DNA of 64,000 nt, taken from assembly GCF_001594005.1 (NCBI RefSeq), contig NZ_LTBA01000009.1, positions 1 through 64,000 of the forward strand, given 5' to 3'. The notes beneath the pieces are model-generated. The model was given only the letters and a program-made list of their open reading frames with translations, was not told the origin of the DNA and did no database searches. Below, in pieces: positions 1 to 10,351 of the stretch (its first letter is position 1; each line of letters begins with the position of its first letter). Made by a program: the position numbers and the translations under genes. This stretch comes from Clostridium tepidiprofundi DSM 19306 (GTDB lineage Bacteria; Bacillota; Clostridia; Clostridiales; Clostridiaceae).

Positions 1-47
1 CTGCGTTCCCAATTTGGGTACGCAGGTTATATTCCTTCTTTTTTTAA
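1..47 (+). terminator. hairpin (ctgcgtTccc / gggTacgcag) followed by a T-run at the window edge; possible terminator of an upstream gene outside the window
   Basis: Inverted repeat at 1-25 with one mismatch, then ttctttttttaa at 35-47. Confidence 0.3.
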
Positions 48-367
48 TATATAAGTTGATTATATATCTTTTGAGTTTCCCGATTTAAAATCACTAAAAC
101 ACTTACTATAAGTCAATTGAATATTAAGGTTTACATAGGTGGCGGAATTTTTACTGATACCTATTATAAAATGTGAAAGATTAAAGAATTTATTATTTTA
201 TTCTTAAATTTTAAAATCAGTCCACCAAAAAAACCACCGTAAAAGAGCAAAAATTAAATATATCAGAGTTATAACAAATGAAATACTATATTCAAAATAC
301 AGGTATATCAATACTTTATAGGATTGCAAATTTATCTAAGTTTATGTTAATGTGATATGGTTTATAA

Positions 368-412
368 TTCGTAATCAGTAGGTCAGGGGTTCAAATCCCC
401 TCGGGAGCACCA
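368..412 (+). other. partial tRNA-like 3' fragment (T-arm aggggTTCAAATcccct + acceptor 3' strand cgggagc + A + CCA); no matching 5' acceptor half upstream, so possible att-site remnant
   Basis: GTTCAAATCC T-loop consensus and encoded CCA at 410-412. The complementary 5' strand gctcccg is absent within 360 nt upstream. Confidence 0.45.
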
Positions 413-442
413 AAGATTTATAAAATATTTAATATCAATGGT

Positions 443-472
443 TCAGGCTGATTTTAGTCTGAGCCTTTTTTA
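443..472 (+). terminator. stem-loop aggct/agcct followed by TTTTTT
   Basis: 5-bp stem, 12-nt loop, T-run at 466-471, directly after the tRNA fragment. Confidence 0.35.
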
Positions 473-655
473 GCTTTTAAAATTGTTTAAAGGTAAGAAA
501 TTAAACTACAAAGTTAATAAGAAAGCATAAGCAGATGAGCATGATTGATAAGCTGATTTAAGGTAGAGAATTATATGATCTAAAGCAAAGATTGTAATTT
601 TTTCGTTATAATGTGGTAAAATTATAGTATACTAAATAAAAAAGGTGGAAAACAG

Positions 656-1528
656 ATGGTTAAAAGAAAAATGAAAAATGTTGAAGATGCTGTTATGAAA
701 AGTATTTTGGATGTTTTTAAAGAGGATGCACTGAAGTTTTTTGGAATAGATTCTAAAATAATAACTGCTGCAAGAACTGAATTAAAAGATTTGCAGATTA
801 ACACATCATTTATGGATTATACCTTTTTACTGGATGATGGTTCATTTATACACTTTGAATTTCAAACCACAAAAAATAGGCAAGATTTATCAAGATTTTT
901 AGCATATGATGCTGTACTTCATTACAAAGAAAATAGACATGTTAATACAATTGTTGTGTATTCGTCAGGTATTAAGAATGCAAAAACAAGTATTGATCTA
1001 GGTTCTATTAAATATTCAGTTCAAGCATTCTATATGGATAGAATTGATGGTGATGAGCAGTATGAACATTTAAAAAATAAGATAGATCAGGGTGAAGCAT
1101 TAACAAGACTGGATTTATTGGCATTGGTGTTTTTACCTATAATGCACAGTGAAAAAGATAAAAATGAACGTATTATAGAATCAATAAAATTGGCAAAAGA
1201 AATAAAAGATAAAGAAAATCAGATGAATTCATTGGCACTACTGTATGCCTTTTCAGAAAAATTTATTGATGATAAAAATATTGATAAGGTTAAGGAGGTT
1301 TTTAGAATGACTGAACTTGGAAAGTTGTTAAAAGAAGAAGGTATTGAAGAAGGCAGAAAACGAGAATTAGTAAGAACATCTATAAGATTACTAACAAAGA
1401 AATTTGGCATATTACCTGAGGATGTAAAGGAAAAATTAGAGAAGGCAGAAATAACGGAACTAGAAATAATAGTTGACAGTATATTAGATTTTAACAAGCT
1501 TGAAGAAGTAAATAAATATTTGAAGTAA
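656..1528 (+). CDS. Rpn family recombination-promoting nuclease / putative transposase (YhgA-like PD-(D/E)XK)
   Basis: 290-aa ORF; N-terminal region with FLLDDGSFIHFEFQ block typical of the Rpn/TIGR01784 family; RBS aaaaggtgga 7 nt before the ATG. Confidence 0.65.
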   Translation: MVKRKMKNVEDAVMKSILDVFKEDALKFFGIDSKIITAARTELKDLQINTSFMDYTFLLDDGSFIHFEFQTTKNRQDLSRFLAYDAVLHYKENRHVNTIVVYSSGIKNAKTSIDLGSIKYSVQAFYMDRIDGDEQYEHLKNKIDQGEALTRLDLLALVFLPIMHSEKDKNERIIESIKLAKEIKDKENQMNSLALLYAFSEKFIDDKNIDKVKEVFRMTELGKLLKEEGIEEGRKRELVRTSIRLLTKKFGILPEDVKEKLEKAEITELEIIVDSILDFNKLEEVNKYLK

Positions 1529-1554
1529 GAAGTCTGTCAAGGGCTTCTTTTTTA
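1529..1554 (+). terminator. rho-independent terminator (gaagUc / gGcuuc + T7)
   Basis: Stem-loop immediately after the stop at 1526-1528, followed by ttttttt. Confidence 0.55.
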
Positions 1555-1666
1555 GTGTGTATTATTTTAGTATTGCATTCGGTAATTAAATAGTATAAAA
1601 TTAGTAGAAAAATAGTATTTTTTTATTTTGTTTGGACATATTATAAATAAAGGTGGTGAGCGTATC

Positions 1667-2911
1667 ATGAAAGAATTAATCGATAAAGCCAATGAACGCT
1701 ATTTTACTAAAAAAGAACTTAAATATAGAATACCTAGAGAAATTAATATTGATAAATTTTGGGGTAAGCTGCAGGAAGAGAGAAAGAAAACTGCTATTTA
1801 TATTCCATTAAAAGATCAAAACGATAATTTTTTTTATTTTAATATAACTGATAATATAAAAAATAATATGTCCATCATTGAAGATACAGCAACAAGAGAT
1901 ATATTTAAATCAATGCCTTATGATGTAGAAATTTCTGTTATTGCAGATTCGTTAATTGATGAGGCATATAATTCTAGTGTAATTGAAGGAGCTTTTTCTA
2001 CAAAAAAACGAACTAAAGAATTAGTAGAAAATGATTCAATTCCTAGAAATAAAAGTGAACAAATGATATTAAACAATTATTATGCATTGCAGTATATTTT
2101 AAATAATATAGATAATCCATTAAATGAAGAAATAATTTTGGATATTTATAGAATATTAACTAAAAATACATTAAATAAAGATGAAATAGTGGATAAATAT
2201 AGAAATGATTTTGTTGGTGTATGGGATAGAAAACAAAATTGCTTTTCTTATAAAGCTCCACATCATAGTAAAGTGCAAGAATTAATGAATTCTTTATTAT
2301 CATTTATTCATAATAATACTGATATTCATCCATTAATTAAAGCTTGTATTATACATTTTTATTTTGTATATATTCATCCATTTTTTGATGGTAATGGAAG
2401 AACTGCAAGGGCGATAAGTTACATGTATTTATTGCAAGAAGGATATGATTTTTTTAGATTTTTTTCTATTTCTAGTATGATAAAAGATGAAAGAAAAAAA
2501 TATTATGAGGCAATAGAAAATACGGAAATATATGATAGTGATATGACTTATTTTGTTGATTATTATTTAACCATGATTGTTAAATCAATGAAAAATGTAA
2601 TTGATAAATTTGAAAAAGAGTATGGAAAAAGATTAATAAGAGATATTTTGGATAAGGTGGGAATAACATTAAGCAAACGCCAATATAAGGTTATAAACTT
2701 TTTTATAGCTGCTAATAAGAATATAATCACAATTGATGAGTATAAAAAGAAAAACAAAATTTCTTATGAAACAGCAAGAACTGATTTAAACCAGCTTACA
2801 TTATTAGGATTTTTTCAAAAAACTAAGATTGGGAAAAAATATGTTTATAAATTTAACAAAGTAAATGAAATAATTAAAAACATTCAAGCATATTATGGTG
2901 ATTTTTATTAA
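1667..2911 (+). CDS. Fic family protein (class II, with N-terminal inhibitory SxxxEG helix)
   Basis: Fic motif HPFFDGNGRTAR and inhibitory-helix motif SSVIEG. Start moved to the ATG at 1667, which follows the RBS aaaggtggtga; the track start at 1628 lacks an RBS. Confidence 0.8.
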   Translation: MKELIDKANERYFTKKELKYRIPREINIDKFWGKLQEERKKTAIYIPLKDQNDNFFYFNITDNIKNNMSIIEDTATRDIFKSMPYDVEISVIADSLIDEAYNSSVIEGAFSTKKRTKELVENDSIPRNKSEQMILNNYYALQYILNNIDNPLNEEIILDIYRILTKNTLNKDEIVDKYRNDFVGVWDRKQNCFSYKAPHHSKVQELMNSLLSFIHNNTDIHPLIKACIIHFYFVYIHPFFDGNGRTARAISYMYLLQEGYDFFRFFSISSMIKDERKKYYEAIENTEIYDSDMTYFVDYYLTMIVKSMKNVIDKFEKEYGKRLIRDILDKVGITLSKRQYKVINFFIAANKNIITIDEYKKKNKISYETARTDLNQLTLLGFFQKTKIGKKYVYKFNKVNEIIKNIQAYYGDFY

Positions 2912-3316
2912 TTTATAATTTAGTCCGTAAAAACACTCTACCTTGTGCCTGTGGATGTAATGGTTTAAAATAATAACCATAAAAACCTTATAAAACAATA
3001 TTTGATATAAATCAAAATTATAGTATAAAACTTGTATACTAAGTATAAAATCGTGTAAGATAAAAATAAAAAATGAGGTACTGTTACTAAACAAAACATC
3101 CAAAAACAAATAATCAAGGTACAGGGTGTTTATCAAAAGCTATCTAACATTGATGTTGATTGCATCACATATTGATAAGGAGGGAAAGTGCTATACTACT
3201 CAGGTGTAAATGCCAATATAATTTTGGTTCTTTCCATACTTAGTTGAATTTATTCTGTTTTGTTGTATAAAATTAAGCTAGTATTTAAATGCGCATAAAT
3301 ATTTGATAATTTTCAA

Positions 3317-4171
3317 CTAACTTTGGAAAGAACCATTCTTGGATTTTCTCTTCATTGAAAACAATGTAAAAACTATAACCGTAATATATCCTAATACTGC
3401 AACTATTGATGATTCTATTCCAAATTTTCCTCCTGTCAAAATAAATGATTTTGATAATAATTTATATGAGAAAATAGCATGTTGATTATATGAAACATTG
3501 ATATCTAATATGTTACCTATCATAATTACATTCCAAATTCCATGAACAATAGCACTACACCAAATTGAACCACTTTCATATACAATTAACGAAAACATGA
3601 TGCCAACGCTTGTTCCTGCTACAAAAAGTAACAATATGTCAATTATATTCATATGCATTCCAATGGCATGTAGGAGTCCGAAAATAATGGAAGGAATAAT
3701 TATGGCAATCACTTTTCCCCATCGTTTTTCCAAGGCTTCCATTATTAAACCTCTAAAGACCATTTCCTCAGTTACACCAGCGCCCAAACCAGTGGTAAAA
3801 ATAGCACGTATCACTATATTTACTAAATGTGCAGTATTCATATTATTCTTTACTAATTCGCCCGAAGTACACAATAATACTGATGAAACTATAACAGGCA
3901 ATAAAATAGCACATAAAATCCAACGAATTTTGATTTTAGACTTGTTAATATGACATTCTTTTAAAGAAATATGTAATAGCTTATTACAAGACAATTTAAT
4001 CAAATTATATGAAATTGAAACATAAGATACTCCGAATAGAATTGCTTTTATCCCGGTAGGCAATGGTAAAGCATATACAAGGTTGCTTATTCCCTGTGCC
4101 AATACTAATATTAAAATTCCTAAAAATATAGCTAATATTGCTTTTTTTGTAGTGAAAATTTCTTTATCCAT
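3317..4171 (-). CDS. CPBP family intramembrane glutamic endopeptidase (CAAX protease / Abi-like)
   Basis: Motifs EEMVFRG (EExxxR), FGLLH (FxxxH) and HGIWN (HxxxN) in a polytopic hydrophobic 284-aa protein. Confidence 0.75.
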   Translation of the reverse strand: MDKEIFTTKKAILAIFLGILILVLAQGISNLVYALPLPTGIKAILFGVSYVSISYNLIKLSCNKLLHISLKECHINKSKIKIRWILCAILLPVIVSSVLLCTSGELVKNNMNTAHLVNIVIRAIFTTGLGAGVTEEMVFRGLIMEALEKRWGKVIAIIIPSIIFGLLHAIGMHMNIIDILLLFVAGTSVGIMFSLIVYESGSIWCSAIVHGIWNVIMIGNILDINVSYNQHAIFSYKLLSKSFILTGGKFGIESSIVAVLGYITVIVFTLFSMKRKSKNGSFQS

Positions 4172-4511
4172 GTCTATCCCCCTTTTTAATTAATGTGTAA
4201 AATTTCACCTTAAAATGTTCTATTATAACATATTTTCCTTAATAATACGTCTTTAATGCAACATTAATTATATCACATTTTCTATATTTATATAAATTAT
4301 TTCATATAATTACACGTAAAAAAGATAACTTTTGGATTTATTCAGCGTTCGTTATATATCAAGGTGTTAAAGCTATTTAATACGGGGGTATTTTTTGCAT
4401 AGGGACACATTTTTAGGGTAATATTTGGATTGGGTATTAAAAGTAACATAACAGAAAATTAATGTAATTTATTTCAAGGTTACATTTATGTATAATTATG
4501 TTAAATATCAA

Positions 4512-4540
4512 TTGATAAATTATAAGTAAAATGGTATAAT
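4512..4540 (+). promoter_or_regulatory. sigma-A-type promoter: TTGATA, 17 nt, TG-n-TATAAT
   Basis: -35 at 4512-4517 and extended -10 tggtataat at 4532-4540; would drive the small ORF, repeat and ABC-2 operon. Confidence 0.45.
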
Positions 4541-4619
4541 TTAAAATTAATGATAGCATTTTAAAATTTACTTGTTGTTTTTGTTAAATTGACTAACAAT
4601 GTAACAGAAGGTTAGCAAA

Positions 4620-4706
4620 ATGAACGAAATAAAGAAATTTTTTCAAATTTCTAAATTTTTGAACAATGAAGAGATGATGATACTAAAGACAAAAACATTT
4701 GAATAA
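4620..4706 (+). CDS. hypothetical 28-aa peptide (MNEIKKFFQISKFLNNEEMMILKTKTFE) in the leader of the ABC-2 transporter operon
   Basis: ATG preceded by gaaggt; clean 87-nt ORF; no homology call possible. Confidence 0.25.
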   Translation: MNEIKKFFQISKFLNNEEMMILKTKTFE

Positions 4707-4820
4707 CGGAAGAAGTAATTCGGGAGGAAACTATTGTAAAGATATTTGTTAATAGTATATGATGTTTATAATTTGATTTTAGAATAAGCCCATAATATAG
4801 ATTAATTATGGACTTATTTT

Positions 4821-4935
4821 ATCGATTCTATAAGATTTCCATTTCTATAAGTGGGAGATTGAAGCGTTTTGCTTCAGGTGGAATAGAGTCTCCATCTGAA
4901 GTACCGATGTTTTGCTTTAGTAAAACGAGTTCACT
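4821..4935 (+). repeat. structured intergenic repeat, copy A (orientation 1)
   Basis: About 85-90% identical to the copy at 58730-58843 and reverse-complement to copies at 9382-9495, 51461-51574 and 57211-57316; internal hairpins ccattt/aagtgg, cttcaggtgga/tccatctgaag, gttttgc/gtaaaac. Confidence 0.85.
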
Positions 4936-4972
4936 AAAATTCATGTATGTGCTATATAGGAGGGAATATATG

Positions 4973-5920
4973 TCATATATTAATATAAAAAAATTAGAAA
5001 AAGTTTATCATGTTAGGGGTACTTCAGAAAAGATTACGGCTATAAAAGGAATTGATTTAAGTATAGAAAAAGGTGAAATTGTTGGTTTAGTAGGATTAAA
5101 TGGTGCTGGTAAGACGACTTTAATAAAGATGGTATGTGGCATAATAAAACCTACGGCAGGTGAAATTACAATAGGTAAGTATATTCCTTACGATAGAAAA
5201 CGAGAATTCTTAAGAAGTATAGGGTTAGTTATGGGTCAAAGGACACAATTATGGTGGGATATAAATCCACTTAATAGTTTTAAAATAGAAAAAGAAATTT
5301 ATAAGATTTCTGATATAGATTATAATAACAGGATAGAGTATATGACTTCATTATTGGATATAAAAGATAAATTACATACACCTGTAAGACAATTGTCACT
5401 TGGACAAAGAATGAAAATGGAATTAGTCCTTTGTTTAATACATAAACCTTCTTTATTGTTATTAGATGAACCAACTATTGGACTTGATATAATGAGTCAA
5501 GTAAGTTTGAGAAAATTTATATATGAATATAACAAAAAAATGGGAAATACTGTACTTATAACAAGTCATAATATGAAAGATATAGATGAAATTTGTGATA
5601 GGCTTATATTGCTAGATAAAGGCAAAATAATATTTAACGCTCCCAAATATAAACTTTATGAAAAATATAAAGATATAAATATATTGTGCATAAAAACAAA
5701 TAAAAAAATAGATACATGTGGATATAAATTTATAACAAATGAAGATTATAAAAGTCAAATTATAGTAGAAAAAAGTTGCGTGGAAAAATGTATTTCTGAT
5801 CTTAAGAAAAAAAATAAAATAGATAAGTATTCTATAAATGACGTAAATCTAGAAATTATTATTAGAATGATATATGGAGATTCTTTTAATCAGGATGGTG
5901 TTAAACATGAAGACATTTAA
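4973..5920 (+). CDS. ABC transporter ATP-binding protein
   Basis: Walker A GLNGAGKTT, signature LSLGQRMK, Walker B LLLLDEP; start at MSYINIKKLEK after RBS aggaggg. The upstream 4808-4972 extension in the track is repeat-derived. Confidence 0.85.
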   Translation, partial: SYINIKKLEKVYHVRGTSEKITAIKGIDLSIEKGEIVGLVGLNGAGKTTLIKMVCGIIKPTAGEITIGKYIPYDRKREFLRSIGLVMGQRTQLWWDINPLNSFKIEKEIYKISDIDYNNRIEYMTSLLDIKDKLHTPVRQLSLGQRMKMELVLCLIHKPSLLLLDEPTIGLDIMSQVSLRKFIYEYNKKMGNTVLITSHNMKDIDEICDRLILLDKGKIIFNAPKYKLYEKYKDINILCIKTNKKIDTCGYKFITNEDYKSQIIVEKSCVEKCISDLKKKNKIDKYSINDVNLEIIIRMIYGDSFNQDGVKHEDI

Positions 5921-6689
5921 AGGAATTTTACTAAATACTTTTATAGAAAGAAAAATATATATGTTTAATACAGTTATGTCCGTATTATTAGGATTTATTC
6001 CTGTATTAGTAATGATATTTCTATGGAATGCAATATATAAAAGTGGACTAAAGATAGATGATTTTAATAAAAATAGCATAATAACATATTTCTTTTTGGT
6101 ATATATAGTGTCTAATATTACAGAAGCATCTAATATAGCTAGAAAAATTAGTGGAGACATACGAAGTGGAGCTATAAATAATATATTGATAAAACCTATT
6201 AATCATTTAAAATATACTTTTTTATTATATTTGTCAGATAAAATAATTGATACAATAATAACAATTATTCCATCAATTGTTTTTGCTTTTCTTGCTAGAA
6301 AATATATAACAATAAATTTACATAAAATGGTACCGTTTTTGTTGGCTCTAATAATAGGGTGTATACTTAACTTTTTAATATATTATATAATTGGACTAAG
6401 TTCTTTCTGGAGTATAAATAATGGAGGTATAATACAACTATGGAATAATTTAATAGCAATAGTATCAGGAAATAAGTTTCCTATATCATTTTTACCTATA
6501 TTTTTTCAGAAAATACTTATATTATTACCGTTTGAATATACGGTGTATTTGCCTATATCTATATTATTAGGGAAAACATTAAGTGTTACTACAATTATGA
6601 TAGAATTTTGTTGGATAATAGTAATGTATATATTATCAAAAATAATATGGAAGAAAGGGGTAGCATTAAATGAAGGAGTTGGTATGTAA
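5907..6689 (+). CDS. ABC-2 type transporter permease
   Basis: Hydrophobic roughly 6-TM protein overlapping the ATPase stop; start at MKTFKG after aggatggtg. Confidence 0.65.
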   Translation: MKTFKGILLNTFIERKIYMFNTVMSVLLGFIPVLVMIFLWNAIYKSGLKIDDFNKNSIITYFFLVYIVSNITEASNIARKISGDIRSGAINNILIKPINHLKYTFLLYLSDKIIDTIITIIPSIVFAFLARKYITINLHKMVPFLLALIIGCILNFLIYYIIGLSSFWSINNGGIIQLWNNLIAIVSGNKFPISFLPIFFQKILILLPFEYTVYLPISILLGKTLSVTTIMIEFCWIIVMYILSKIIWKKGVALNEGVGM

Positions 6690-7453
6690 TGGTATATAAT
6701 AGGCTATTAAAAACTAATTTCTATCGTGAAATGACATATAAAAGTAATTTTTTTACATTTATGATTGTAAACCTTGTAGGATATTTAGGAGATGTTTTAT
6801 TTTACATATTGATATATAATTTTGTGGATTGCATAAATGGGTGGACAAAATATCATATGTTAGGGTTAATTGCAACAGTTTGGATAATAGATAGTCTAAA
6901 TGGGGGTATGTTTCATATGAATGTACTTAGAATTCCAAGGTATGTACAGACATATGATTTAGATTTTATGCTTATTAAGCCAATAAACTCAAGATGGTAT
7001 ATGTCAATGAAATTTGTGAGTTACGGATTATTATTGGGTGTTCCTTTTGGTTCAGCACTTTTAATATATAGTATGGTGAAGGTAGGAATAAGGATATCTG
7101 TGTTTAAGATAATCTTATATGTGATAGCTTTGTTTTCAGGAACTTTAATTATGCATAATATATTTTTTATGATTACTATTTTATCTATAAAACATGTTAA
7201 AGTAAATGCATTAATGAGCGTTTTTTGGAGCATATTAGAGGTTGGTAAATATCCTGAATTTATATATCCATCAAAAATTAGAAAGATTTTTGTGTTTATA
7301 GTTCCGGCTATAGTTATATATAATTATCCAATAAATATACTTGTAAATGAATTTAATATACTAAACGTGTGTATACTATTTAGTATAGCAATTTTATTTA
7401 CACTTATTACCCAATTTACGTGGAAGTATTTCTTAAAATATTATTACAAATAG
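6689..7453 (+). CDS. ABC-2 type transporter permease (second subunit)
   Basis: Hydrophobic 254-aa ORF translationally coupled (ATG overlaps the preceding stop). Confidence 0.65.
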   Translation: MVYNRLLKTNFYREMTYKSNFFTFMIVNLVGYLGDVLFYILIYNFVDCINGWTKYHMLGLIATVWIIDSLNGGMFHMNVLRIPRYVQTYDLDFMLIKPINSRWYMSMKFVSYGLLLGVPFGSALLIYSMVKVGIRISVFKIILYVIALFSGTLIMHNIFFMITILSIKHVKVNALMSVFWSILEVGKYPEFIYPSKIRKIFVFIVPAIVIYNYPINILVNEFNILNVCILFSIAILFTLITQFTWKYFLKYYYK

Positions 7454-7611
7454 AAAATGGTAATATATTATATAAATAATCATAAATATAATAATGAAGT
7501 ATACTAAAAGACAGCTATGCACTATAAAATTGTAATGATATTCTTGAAAAACGGTTTAATTTAATGTATACTGAATATAGTGTATTGTTTTTAATTAATA
7601 ATATATGCTAA

Positions 7612-7640
7612 TTGATAAAAAATAAACAAATTAATATGAT
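7612..7640 (+). promoter_or_regulatory. glp operon promoter: TTGATA, 17 nt, TATGAT
   Basis: -35 at 7612-7617 and -10 at 7635-7640, about 200 nt upstream of glpK. Confidence 0.45.
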
Positions 7641-7666
7641 TATAAACTAAGGTTGAGAAGAGAGAG

Positions 7667-7716
7667 CCGCATTAATTTCAAGTATTATGACTTGAGTTAT
7701 GTGGTTTTTTGTTTTT
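7667..7716 (+). promoter_or_regulatory. leader terminator-like structure (ccgcau...augugg enclosing the ucaagu/acuuga hairpin, then UUUUUUGUUUUU); candidate GlpP antitermination target
   Basis: Nested stems followed by a T-run in the glpK 5' leader; glpP is encoded at the end of the same operon. Confidence 0.35.
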
Positions 7717-7816
7717 ATGCCAGATGAAAATTCAGAAAATTATGAAAAAGATGATAAAAAATTAACAATGTTAAAGTAATAATTAAAATATAATGAAATA
7801 AATTTATCATGATTAA

Positions 7817-9334
<1,518 letters not shown>

Positions 9335-9381
9335 TCGGCATAAGAGTATTCAAATGAGCATCAGATATTAAAGAAATGAAA

Positions 9382-9495
9382 GTGAACTCGTGTTTAGCTA
9401 AAGCAAAACATAGGGACTTTGGGTGGAAAATCTATTTTGACTAAAGTAAAAGGCTTCAATCTCCTAATTATAGAAGTAGGAGATTGAAGAAATGA
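9382..9495 (-). repeat. structured intergenic repeat, copy C (orientation 2, more divergent) in the glpK-glpF spacer
   Basis: Reverse-complement alignment to copies A and B (gtgaactcgtgtttagctaaagcaaaac ... tatagaagtaggag). Confidence 0.75.
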
Positions 9496-9556
9496 TGAAA
9501 TATTTAAATTAGCATTAAATATTTAAAAATGCAAATAAATTTGAGGGGGAAAGAGT

Positions 9557-10261
9557 ATGTCAGAGTATTTGGCTGAGTATTTAGGTACTTTAATGTTGGT
9601 ATTATTAGGGGACGGAGTAGTAGCAAATGTTGTTCTTAATAAAACAAAAGGCCAGAATTCAGGGTGGATTGTAATTACAACTGGTTGGGCTTTGGCAGTT
9701 GCAATACCTGTTTTCATTTTTGGTCCAATAAGTGGAGCACATATAAATCCAGCAGTTACAATAGCTATGGCATCAATAGGAAATTTTGCATGGAGTAAAG
9801 TGCCAGGATTTATTGCTGCTCAGATGGCAGGAGCATTTACAGGAGCAATACTTGTATGGTTGCATTATAGACCTCACTTTGATGCTACTCCTGATAAGGC
9901 TGCTAAATTAGGAGTATTTTGTACAGCACCGGCAATTCGTGACTGGAGCTCAAATATGATAGGTGAATTTATAGGGACTTTTGTATTGGTTTTTGGTATA
10001 CTAGGAGTAGCAAATACTAAAATGGCAGGTGGAATATCTCCACTTGTAGTAGGAGCAATTGTTTTTGTAGTTGGATTAACACTGGGAGGAACAACAGGAT
10101 ATGCTATCAATCCAGCCAGAGACTTGGGTCCACGTTTAGCTCATGCTGTTTTACCTATAAAAGATAAAGGAAGTTCAGACTGGGGATATTCATGGCTCCC
10201 AGTTGTAATGCCTATTCTTGGAGGACTTGTAGGAGCATTAATTTATAACATTATTTTCTAA
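9557..10261 (+). CDS. glpF: glycerol uptake facilitator (aquaglyceroporin)
   Basis: Two NPA boxes (NPAVT, NPARD) in a 6-TM MIP-family protein. Confidence 0.9.
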   Translation: MSEYLAEYLGTLMLVLLGDGVVANVVLNKTKGQNSGWIVITTGWALAVAIPVFIFGPISGAHINPAVTIAMASIGNFAWSKVPGFIAAQMAGAFTGAILVWLHYRPHFDATPDKAAKLGVFCTAPAIRDWSSNMIGEFIGTFVLVFGILGVANTKMAGGISPLVVGAIVFVVGLTLGGTTGYAINPARDLGPRLAHAVLPIKDKGSSDWGYSWLPVVMPILGGLVGALIYNIIF

Positions 10262-10351
10262 AAATCAGAAATTAGGCGAGAATAAGAGAGCCATAGCATA
10301 AGGGAATAATTCCTTAATGTTATGGCTTTTTTGCATATAAGGAGGTATAAT

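Noticed and set aside
1-415. Considered whether the window opens inside a tmRNA (ssrA), because of the tRNA-like 3' end at 368-412
   Set aside because: There is no GGGG 5' start complementary to the acceptor 3' strand, and no tag-peptide reading frame ending in the ...LAA-stop codon context typical of tmRNA. Only the T-arm and acceptor 3' half are present, so it was called a tRNA fragment.
3188-3247. 19-codon GTG ORF preceded by an AAGGAGGG Shine-Dalgarno, downstream of (convergent to) the CPBP protease gene
   Set aside because: The spacing between the SD and the GTG is only about 4 nt and there is no promoter evidence. It is too short and unsupported to call, although a bacteriocin-like peptide next to an Abi/CPBP gene was a tempting idea.
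4808-4972. ORF-track extension making the ABC ATPase start at 4808, and the apparent conserved peptide (GIE-P-EVPMF-FSKT) encoded by several repeat copies (including minus-strand ORF 57104-57289)
   Set aside because: The extension lies entirely within the structured repeat. A proper RBS/ATG for the ATPase is at 4973. The peptide conservation simply mirrors nucleotide conservation of the repeat, with no RBS or start codon, and the copies occur in both orientations relative to flanking genes.
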